Under the pieces are notes generated by a model. It made no database searches. It was not told the origin of the DNA and saw nothing but the letters and a program-made list of their open reading frames with translations. Below are positions 54,219-61,780 of a stretch of DNA of 64,000 nucleotides, piece by piece. This stretch comes from an uncultured Gemmatimonadales bacterium (GTDB taxonomy: Bacteria; Gemmatimonadota; Gemmatimonadetes; Longimicrobiales; Longimicrobiaceae). Where the stretch lies: assembly GCA_963716255.1 (NCBI GenBank), contig OY970303.1, positions 6,048,001-6,112,000 of the forward strand, given 5' to 3'. The position numbers and the translations under genes were made by a program. Positions within the stretch are counted from its first letter, which is position 1. Each line of letters starts with the position of its first letter.

Positions 54219-55996
54219 GCTCGATCGAATACGGCGTCTCGCCGGATGCTCTGCTGGAGCGCATCGCCGACCGGGAGCGCGAGATCGCGGAGCTGAAGGA
54301 CCGCCTCCGCGCCTGGGAGACGGCGTACGAGCGCACCCCCCGGCGCGAGCCCACCCGCGGCGAGCCGGAGCGCGGCGCGGACCCGTCCCGCGACCCGCTG
54401 TACACCAGCATCTCCGGGGCGGAGGTCAGGCCGCTGTACACCCCGCTGGACCGTCCGGAGACCGGCGCGGAGGAAGCGGAGTTCTACAACGAGAAGCTGG
54501 GCGCGCCCGGCGAGTTCCCGTTCACGCGGGGGCCGTACGGCACCATGTACCGCACCCGGCTCTGGACCATGCGCCAGTTCGCCGGGTTCGGGACCGCGGA
54601 GGAGACCAACCAGCGCTACCACTTCCTCCTGGGGCGCGGCCAGACCGGCCTTTCGGTGGCCTTCGACTTCCCCACGCTGATGGGCTACGACTCCGACCAC
54701 CCCCGCTCGCTCGGCGAGGTGGGCAAGTGCGGCGTCGCGATCTCGTCGCTGGACGACATGGAGACGCTGTTCGCGGGGATCCCGCTGGACCAGGTCTCCG
54801 TCTCCATGACCATCAACGGGCCGGCGATCATCCTCTTCTGCTTCTACATGATCGCGGCGGAGAAGCAGGGGGTGCCGTTCAGCAAGCTCCGCGGCACGGT
54901 CCAGAACGACATCCTCAAGGAGTACCAGGCGCAGCACGCCTGGGTGTACCCCCCGGAGCCGGCGTTGCGGCTGGTGATCGACATGTTCGAGTGGGCGTCC
55001 AGGAACGCCCCCAAGTACAATCCCATCTCCATCTCCGGCTACCACATCCGCGAGGCGGGCTCCACCGCCGGGCAGGAGCTCGCGTACACGCTGCGCAATG
55101 GCTTCGAGTACGTGGAGCGGGGGATCGCGCGCGGGCTGGACGTGGACGACTTCGCGCCGCGCCTCTCCTTCTTCTGGGACGTCCACAACGACTTCTTCGA
55201 GGAGATCGCCAAGTTCCGCGCCGCCCGCCGCATCTGGGCGCGCCACCTGCGCGACAAGTACGGCGCCCGGAACCCCGAGTCGTGGCGCCTGCGCACCCAC
55301 GCGCAGACGGCCGGGGTGACGCTGACGGCGCAGCAGCCGGAGAACAACATCGTCCGCGTGGCCTACCAGGCCATGGCGGCGGTGCTGGGCGGCACGCAGT
55401 CGCTGCACACCAACTCCATGGACGAGACGCTGGCGCTCCCCAGCGAGAAGGCCGTGCAGATCGCGCTGCGCACGCAGCAGATCCTGGCCTTCGAGACGGG
55501 CGCGGCGAACACCATCGACCCGCTGGCGGGCTCCTACTACGTGGAGGCGCTCACCGACCGGCTGGAGACCGAGGCGGAGGAGATCTTCTCGCAGGTGGAC
55601 CGGCTGGGCGGCGTGGTGCCGGGGATCGAGGTGGGCTACTTCCAGCGCGAGATCGCCCGCGCGGCCATGCGCCAGCAGGTGGAGATCGAGAACGTGGACC
55701 GCGTGATCGTGGGCGTGAACGATTTCACCATCGAGGGCGAGGAGATCGAGATCCCGCTCCTCAAGATCACCGAGGAGGCGGAGATCCGGCAGCGCGAGCG
55801 GATGGCCGCCATGCGCGCCCGCCGCGACCAGGGCGAGGTCGACCGCACCCTCGCGGCGCTCCAGGACGCCGCCCGCGCCGGGGAGAACGTGGTCCCCGCC
55901 ATGCTGGACGCGGTGCGGGCGTACGCCACGCTGTACGAGATCCGCTTCGCGATGGAGGCCGTCTTCGGCGCGTACCAGGAGCCGGTGTTCTTCTAG
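54215..55996 (+). CDS. B12-dependent acyl-CoA mutase large (substrate-binding) subunit, isobutyryl-CoA mutase-type residues
   Basis: PGEFPFTRG, WTMRQFAGF, GTVQNDILKE, ISISGYH, QSLHTNS; no DxHxxG B12-binding domain. Confidence 0.88.
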   Translation: MSSIEYGVSPDALLERIADREREIAELKDRLRAWETAYERTPRREPTRGEPERGADPSRDPLYTSISGAEVRPLYTPLDRPETGAEEAEFYNEKLGAPGEFPFTRGPYGTMYRTRLWTMRQFAGFGTAEETNQRYHFLLGRGQTGLSVAFDFPTLMGYDSDHPRSLGEVGKCGVAISSLDDMETLFAGIPLDQVSVSMTINGPAIILFCFYMIAAEKQGVPFSKLRGTVQNDILKEYQAQHAWVYPPEPALRLVIDMFEWASRNAPKYNPISISGYHIREAGSTAGQELAYTLRNGFEYVERGIARGLDVDDFAPRLSFFWDVHNDFFEEIAKFRAARRIWARHLRDKYGARNPESWRLRTHAQTAGVTLTAQQPENNIVRVAYQAMAAVLGGTQSLHTNSMDETLALPSEKAVQIALRTQQILAFETGAANTIDPLAGSYYVEALTDRLETEAEEIFSQVDRLGGVVPGIEVGYFQREIARAAMRQQVEIENVDRVIVGVNDFTIEGEEIEIPLLKITEEAEIRQRERMAAMRARRDQGEVDRTLAALQDAARAGENVVPAMLDAVRAYATLYEIRFAMEAVFGAYQEPVFF

Positions 55997-56007
55997 GAGA
56001 TGCAGCC

Positions 56008-56571
56008 ATGGGGCACCCTGCCGCTGCCCATTCCGGACTCGTCACCGCCGACGAGCTGCTGCGGGTTCCCGAGGATGGGTTCCGCCGCGAGCTCGTCGCA
56101 GGAGAGGTGATCGTGATGGCGCCTGCGGGAGAGGAGCACGGGACCGTGGCGGCAGAGATCCTCGTCCGGCTGGGACAGTATGTCCGGTCGAAGGGGCTCG
56201 GCCGGGTGTACACGGCGGAAACCGGATTCAGGATCGCTTCCGATCCCGACACGGTGCTGGCCCCCGATGCTGCCTTCGTACGGCGGGAGCGCATCGAACA
56301 GACGGGCGTCGGGCAGGGATACCGTCTCGGTGCTCCGGACATGGTCGTAGAGGTGGTTTCTCCCAACGATTCATTCGGGGCGGTCGAAGCCAAGGTGGCC
56401 CAATGGCTCGCCGCCGGGTGCCGGATGGTGGCCGTCGTGAACCCCAGACGCCGTGCCGTGACCGTTTATCGCTCGCGGAGCAACATCGTGATCCTCGCGG
56501 AAGACGACGAGATGGACGGGGGAGATGTGATCCCCGGCTGGCGCCTGCACATCCGTGAGCTGTTCGTATAG
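56008..56571 (+). CDS. Uma2-family (PD-(D/E)XK-like) endonuclease
   Basis: ELVAGE…H…APDAAFV…PDMVVEVVSPND…K…W…G. Confidence 0.88.
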   Translation: MGHPAAAHSGLVTADELLRVPEDGFRRELVAGEVIVMAPAGEEHGTVAAEILVRLGQYVRSKGLGRVYTAETGFRIASDPDTVLAPDAAFVRRERIEQTGVGQGYRLGAPDMVVEVVSPNDSFGAVEAKVAQWLAAGCRMVAVVNPRRRAVTVYRSRSNIVILAEDDEMDGGDVIPGWRLHIRELFV

Positions 56572-56655
56572 CTCCGCACTCACTGAGGTTGCCGGAGGGA
56601 GGGCGCGGCCGGGCCGCGCCCTTCGTCGTTTTGGACTCCTCCAGATTGCCTCCCC

Positions 56656-58158
56656 ATGAACCCTGCTTCCCCCGAACTCCCGCTCGTCGCCCGCGCCGCG
56701 GAGCACGGAGGCCGCACCGCGGTCGTCGCGCCGGAGGGCGCCTTCACCTACGCCGGCCTGCTGGACGCGTCCGCGCGCGTGGCCGCGGCGCTCCTCGGCG
56801 GCGGCGCCGACCTGGCGGGCGCGCGCGTCGCCTTCCTCGCCCCGCCGGGGTGGGACTACGTGGCCGTGCAGTGGGGGATCTGGCGCGCCGGCGGGATCGC
56901 CGTGCCCCTCGCCGTCTCCCACCCTCCCGCGGAGCTGGAGTACGTCGTCCAGGACGCGGACGCCGCCATCGTGGTCGCGCACCCCGGCTTCGCCGAGACC
57001 CTGCGGCCCGTCGCGGAGCGGAACGGGCGGCGCTTCCTCGCCACCCCGGAGGCGCTGGCGGCCGCGCCGGAGACGCTGCCGCGGGTGGAGGAGGGGCGCC
57101 CGGCGATGATGGTCTACACCAGCGGCACCACGGGAAAGCCCAAGGGGGTGGTGACCACGCACGCCGGCTTGCGCGCCCAGGTGACCTCCCTGGTGGAGGC
57201 GTGGGGGTGGCGCGCCGACGACCGCGTCCTCCTCGTCCTCCCCATGCACCACGTGCACGGCATCGTCAACGTGCTCACCTGCGCGCTGTGGGCCGGGGCG
57301 GTGTGCGAGATCCTCCCCCGCTTCGACGCCGACGCCGCGTGGGAGCGGATCGAGCACGGCGAGCTGACGCTGTTCATGGCCGTCCCCACCATCTACCGCA
57401 GGCTGATCGCGGCGTGGGAGGAGGCCGGTCCCGGGCGGCGGCGCCGCATGTCGGAGGGGTGCGCGCGGATGCGGCTGATGGTGTCCGGCTCGGCGGCGCT
57501 CCCGGTGCAGACGCTGGAGCGCTGGCGGGAGATCAGCGGCCACACGCTGCTGGAGCGCTACGGGATGACGGAGATGGGGATGGCGCTCTCCAACCCGCTG
57601 CGCGGCGAGCGGCGCCCGGGGTACGTGGGCGTCCCGCTGCCGGGCGTGGAGGTGCGCCTCGTCGGCGACGTCGGCGAGACGGTGGAGCCCGGGGCGCCCG
57701 GGGAGATCGAGGTGCGCGGGGAAAACGTGTTCGCCGAGTACTGGCGCCGCCCGGACGCTACGGCGGAAGCGTTCCGCGACGGCTGGTTCCGCACCGGGGA
57801 CGTGGCGGTGGTGGAGGACGGCTACTTCCGCATCCTGGGGCGGAAGAGCGTGGACATCATCAAGACCGGCGGCTACAAGGTGTCCGCGCTGGAGATCGAG
57901 GAAGCGCTGCGGACGCACCCGGACGTGGCGGAGTGCGCGGTGGTGGGGGTGGAGGACCCCGACTGGGGGGAGCGGATCTGCGTCGCGGTGGAGCCCCGGA
58001 ACGGCGCCGCGCCGACGCTGGACGGGCTCCAGGGGTGGGCGCGGGACCGGCTCGCCCCGTACAAGCTCCCGCGCGACCTGCGCCTGGTGGACGCGCTCCC
58101 CCGCAACGCCATGGGCAAGGTCGTCAAGCCGGACGTGACGAAGTTATTTACGGATTGA
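56656..58158 (+). CDS. Acyl-CoA synthetase, malonate-CoA ligase (MatB/ACSF3)-like
   Basis: YTSGTTGKPKG, LLERYGMTE, GWFRTGD, PRNAMGK. Confidence 0.85.
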   Translation: MNPASPELPLVARAAEHGGRTAVVAPEGAFTYAGLLDASARVAAALLGGGADLAGARVAFLAPPGWDYVAVQWGIWRAGGIAVPLAVSHPPAELEYVVQDADAAIVVAHPGFAETLRPVAERNGRRFLATPEALAAAPETLPRVEEGRPAMMVYTSGTTGKPKGVVTTHAGLRAQVTSLVEAWGWRADDRVLLVLPMHHVHGIVNVLTCALWAGAVCEILPRFDADAAWERIEHGELTLFMAVPTIYRRLIAAWEEAGPGRRRRMSEGCARMRLMVSGSAALPVQTLERWREISGHTLLERYGMTEMGMALSNPLRGERRPGYVGVPLPGVEVRLVGDVGETVEPGAPGEIEVRGENVFAEYWRRPDATAEAFRDGWFRTGDVAVVEDGYFRILGRKSVDIIKTGGYKVSALEIEEALRTHPDVAECAVVGVEDPDWGERICVAVEPRNGAAPTLDGLQGWARDRLAPYKLPRDLRLVDALPRNAMGKVVKPDVTKLFTD

Positions 58159-58164
58159 AGTGCA

Positions 58165-58317
58165 GGGTTCGGGCGTGCCCCCGGCTGGCGCCGGGGTCGG
58201 GCTTCGGCTCCGTAGGCGAGCAAACAACGCTCGCCAACGGAGTCGAGCCCCCGCAAACTGCGCGGGGTCTCGCCCCTTCGGGCCGAAATCCCTCACGCGG
58301 GCATCGCGCTGGCGTCC
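58165..58317 (+). repeat. Structured intergenic repeat copy 7
   Basis: Same scaffold; 6 nt after the synthetase stop; its 3' end overlaps the DoxX stop codon. Confidence 0.92.
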
Positions 58318-58859
58318 GCGAGGGGGTCGGCCGCCGGCCTCCCGCGCCCGCGCCCGCGGCGGCGCCGGATCCGGGCAGCGATCCGCGCCAGGCCCACGTA
58401 GTCGGCCACGCGCCAGGCGGCGACCAGGAGCAGCTGGAGGGCGATGATGCGCCCGTCGAAGTGCCAGGAGGCCAGCCCCGACAGGATCAGGTTGAGGTTC
58501 AGCAGGCTGGCGCCCACCGCCGCGGGCACCAGCAGGACCCCGCCGAAGAAGGCGAGCGCCACGGCCAGCTCCGCCAGGGGGAGGCCCACGCTGATCCAGC
58601 GGTCGGCGCCGGTCTCCAGGAGCGTCCGGGCGACATGGCGGTACGCGGGGAAGGGGGCCGGCGTCATGCCCCGGGCGATGGCGTCCAGCATGGAGTGCAT
58701 GGGGTTGGCCGTCAGCCATCCCCCCGAGACCTTGGCCAGCCCGAACTGGAGCCAGATGGAGCCCAGGTAGATGCGGATGCCCAGCCAGAGGGGAGAAGCA
58801 AGGCGGCTGGAAAACGGCCACCTGAGCATGTCGAGGACCCGCCGGTCGCGTGCAAGCAT
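58293..58859 (-). CDS. DoxX-family membrane protein
   Basis: RIYLG..WL..G..KV…ELAV…G..L…NLNL..SG. Confidence 0.75.
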   Translation of the reverse strand: MLARDRRVLDMLRWPFSSRLASPLWLGIRIYLGSIWLQFGLAKVSGGWLTANPMHSMLDAIARGMTPAPFPAYRHVARTLLETGADRWISVGLPLAELAVALAFFGGVLLVPAAVGASLLNLNLILSGLASWHFDGRIIALQLLLVAAWRVADYVGLARIAARIRRRRGRGRGRPAADPLADASAMPA

Positions 58860-59079
58860 GGGGCTGCCTCCTGCAGGGGAAGAGAAACGACACCCGCTGC
58901 AAGTGTAGCCGCCACGCCGACACGAAACAGCAGGGAAACCCCGGAACATGGGTGAGGGATCCGCCCATTCTTGATGCGGGTCTTTCCCCGCACATGGGTA
59001 GGGGATCGTCCCCGCGGAGCTCCCGCGGAACCCGTGCAGGGCTCCCCCTCTCCCGCTTGCGGGGGAGGGGGCCTCCCGC

Positions 59080-59230
59080 GGACGCCAGCGCGAGCCCCGC
59101 GTGAGGGATTTCGGCCCGAAGGGGCGAGACCCGCGCAGTTTGCGGGGCTCGACTCCGTTTCAGACGGTCGTTTCGTCTGCTACGGAGCCGAAGCCCGACC
59201 CCGGCGCCAGCCGGGGACACGCCCGAACCC
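59080..59230 (-). repeat. Structured intergenic repeat copy 8 (reverse orientation), followed by a REP palindrome at 59044-59071
   Basis: Reverse complement of the scaffold, about 32 nt after the stop of the minus-strand gene at 59263. Confidence 0.92.
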
Positions 59231-59262
59231 GCCGTCAAACGCCGTTTCGGCCGGATCCGGCA

Positions 59263-59823
59263 TCAGTAGTAGCTTTCGATGTCGTGACCGAACCGCCGGC
59301 CCTTTTCGGTCATGCGGACCAGGTGCTGCAGGCGCTTCTCGAACTCCTCCGGGCGCTTCCTGGCGTCGTCCACGAACGCGACCCGGATGCGCCGGTAGGG
59401 CCCGGAGAAGCCCTGGAAGTTCCGCCAGGCCTCCGGGCTCGCCTGGAGCGCCCGCAGGATGTCCGGCGGGAACTCGAAGCTCTCCAGGTCCAGGCCGGCC
59501 ACCTTCGCCAGCACCTCCGGCGCGACCTTTTCCTGCGCGATCATCCGGCGCAGCCTTTCCCGGTTGGGCTGCGAGTACGCGCTCCCGGGCCGCCTGGGCG
59601 AGAACCTCTGGGCGAGCTGGTCGGCGTCCAGCGTCTTGAGGGTGCTGTCGATCCAGCCGAAGCACAGCGCTTCCTCGACCGCGTCGTTGTAGGGAATGCG
59701 CGGCAGGCCCGTCCGCTTGCGGGGGTACGCCAGCCAGATCTCCCGCTCGGTCCGGTGGTGCGCCTCCAGCCAGGCGCGCCAGGCTTCCCGCTCCGACACG
59801 TGAAGCGTGCGGGTGATCTCCAT
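59263..59823 (-). CDS. YdeI/OmpD-associated family protein
   Basis: WRAWLEAHH…EIWL…YNDAVEEALCFGWIDS…RFSPRR. Confidence 0.88.
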   Translation of the reverse strand: MEITRTLHVSEREAWRAWLEAHHRTEREIWLAYPRKRTGLPRIPYNDAVEEALCFGWIDSTLKTLDADQLAQRFSPRRPGSAYSQPNRERLRRMIAQEKVAPEVLAKVAGLDLESFEFPPDILRALQASPEAWRNFQGFSGPYRRIRVAFVDDARKRPEEFEKRLQHLVRMTEKGRRFGHDIESYY

Positions 59824-59825
59824 GC

Positions 59826-61235
59826 TCAGCGCGGCGGCGCCGGCAGCCCCACCGGCCGGAGCCGCTGGATCACCCCCGCGAGCGCCAGCGCGCCCTCCTC
59901 CCCCCGCGGCCGCCCCACCACCTGCATCCCCACCGGCAAACCGTCCGCGTCCAGTCCACACGGCACGGACGCCACCGGCAGCCCCGTCATGCTGAGCACG
60001 AAGGTGGGCGCGATCCAGTCCACGTACGTCGCCATCTCCCGGCCGCCCACGGTACGCGGAAAGTTCTCCACCACCGGGAACGGCGCGACGGCCATGGTGG
60101 GGGTGAGCAGGTGGTCGAAGCGGCGGAAGAGCGCGCGGAAGTCTTCCCAGATCCGGCGGCGCGCCGCCTCGGCTGCGCCCAGCTCCTCCACGCTCGTGGC
60201 CAGCCCCGCGCGCAGGTTGTTGCCCACGTTGGCGCCGAAGTGCTCCAGCTTGTCCAGGTGCGGACCCAGCATGGACACGAACCACAGGCCGCGCAGCGCC
60301 AGGAACGCCTTTCGCGCGTACGCCAGGTCCAGCTCGATCGTTTCCACCTCCGCGCCCGCCTCCGCCAGCGCCGCCACGGCCTCGCGGCACACCCGCTCCA
60401 CGTCCGCGTCGATCCCGATCCCCGCGATGTCCGGGCAGTACGCCACCCGCAGCCCGCGCGGGTCCGCGCCGCGCACCGCCGCGACGAAGTCCCGCCCGGC
60501 GGCCGGCTGCGCGAGCGGCGACAGGTCGCTGGGGCCGGCCATGGCCTGCAGGGCGAGCGCCACGTCCTCCGCGGTGCGCCCCATGGGCCCGGTCACCTGC
60601 ATGGTGTCCCACAGGTAGTCGCTGGGTACAGTGGGCACCAGCCCCACCGAGGGGCGGATGCCGACGACCCCGCAGAACGACGCCGGGATGCGCAGCGAGC
60701 CGCCCAGGTCCGTCCCCTCCGCCAGCGCGATCATCCCCGCGGCCAGGCCGCACGCCCCGCCGCCCGTGGAGCCGCCGGCGCTGCGCTCGGGGTCCCAGGG
60801 GTTGCGCGTGCGCCCGAACACCTCGTTGAAGGTGTTTCCCCCCGCCGCGAACTCCGGGCAGTTGGTCTTGCCCAGGATCACGGCCCCCGCGTCGCGGAGC
60901 CGCCGCACCACCAGGGCGTCCTCCGCCGGGATGTGGTCCGCGAAGAGCGGCGAGCCGAAGGTGCAGCGCACCCCGCCCACCTGCGTCACGTCCTTGATCC
61001 CCACCGGGAGACCCGCCAGGATCCCCACGTCCTGTCCGCGCGCGATCCGCCGGTCCAGCTCCTCGGCCTCGGCGCGGGCGTGCGGGTTCGGCGTCACCAC
61101 CGCGTTGAGGGTGCCGTTCAGCCGCTCCACGCGCGCCATGCAGGCGTCCAGCACCTCCACGGCGGACAGCTCGCGGGCGCGGACGCGCCGGGCCAGCTCG
61201 TGCGCGGGAAGGAGCGCGAGGGACTCGTCGGGCAT
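59826..61235 (-). CDS. Amidase signature family protein
   Basis: GLPVGIKD, GKTNCPEF, GGSTGG, GTDLGGSLRIPASFCG. Confidence 0.92.
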   Translation of the reverse strand: MPDESLALLPAHELARRVRARELSAVEVLDACMARVERLNGTLNAVVTPNPHARAEAEELDRRIARGQDVGILAGLPVGIKDVTQVGGVRCTFGSPLFADHIPAEDALVVRRLRDAGAVILGKTNCPEFAAGGNTFNEVFGRTRNPWDPERSAGGSTGGGACGLAAGMIALAEGTDLGGSLRIPASFCGVVGIRPSVGLVPTVPSDYLWDTMQVTGPMGRTAEDVALALQAMAGPSDLSPLAQPAAGRDFVAAVRGADPRGLRVAYCPDIAGIGIDADVERVCREAVAALAEAGAEVETIELDLAYARKAFLALRGLWFVSMLGPHLDKLEHFGANVGNNLRAGLATSVEELGAAEAARRRIWEDFRALFRRFDHLLTPTMAVAPFPVVENFPRTVGGREMATYVDWIAPTFVLSMTGLPVASVPCGLDADGLPVGMQVVGRPRGEEGALALAGVIQRLRPVGLPAPPR

Positions 61236-61240
61236 CGGCG

Positions 61241-61684
61241 TCACACCGGGTCGGGGAAGCGGGCCGCGTGCTGGCGGATCCACTCCTCGGCCGCCTCCTG
61301 GCCGGTCATCTCCCTCCCTTCCCGCTCGCGCACCTGCTGCCGGTAGCGGTCGATGGAGCACACCTGCTCCACCATGCGCGCCCGGAACGCGTCGCTCGCG
61401 TCCAGGAACTGCACCCCGATGCAGAAGTGGTCTCCCTCCGGCTCGCAGTGCACCACCCGCGCGTGGGCCTCGAACGGCGGCTTCACCTGGTCGATGCGCA
61501 CCTCGATCGTCGTGCCGTGCGGCACCGGGACGTCGGACACGAAGGCGAGGCCGCCGAAGCTCACGTTGACGCCCTGGCGGGACTCGCGGGTGCTTTCCCG
61601 CACCGTCCGCACCTCCAGCGGCACGTCGGCGGTGTGCCGGATGAACCTGCGCCGGGATTCGCCGAGAGTGCTGGTGTCGGGCAT
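61241..61684 (-). CDS. PilZ domain protein
   Basis: RRFIR (RxxxR) and NVSFGG (D/NxSxxG) c-di-GMP-binding motifs, GVQF. Confidence 0.85.
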   Translation of the reverse strand: MPDTSTLGESRRRFIRHTADVPLEVRTVRESTRESRQGVNVSFGGLAFVSDVPVPHGTTIEVRIDQVKPPFEAHARVVHCEPEGDHFCIGVQFLDASDAFRARMVEQVCSIDRYRQQVREREGREMTGQEAAEEWIRQHAARFPDPV

Positions 61685-61780
61685 GTCGCGGGCCGCGGGT
61701 GGTCGTGCAGGATGGCCGGATCGTGGGCGGGCGGTGGCAAGTTCCGGTCCCGTCCTCCCGTGAGGGAACACCGGAAAGGA

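Noticed and set aside
7936..59230. CRISPR array interpretation of the recurring GGGTTCGGGCGTG repeat
   Set aside because: Copies are dispersed, ~135 nt long, not regularly spaced by unique spacers, and no cas genes are present
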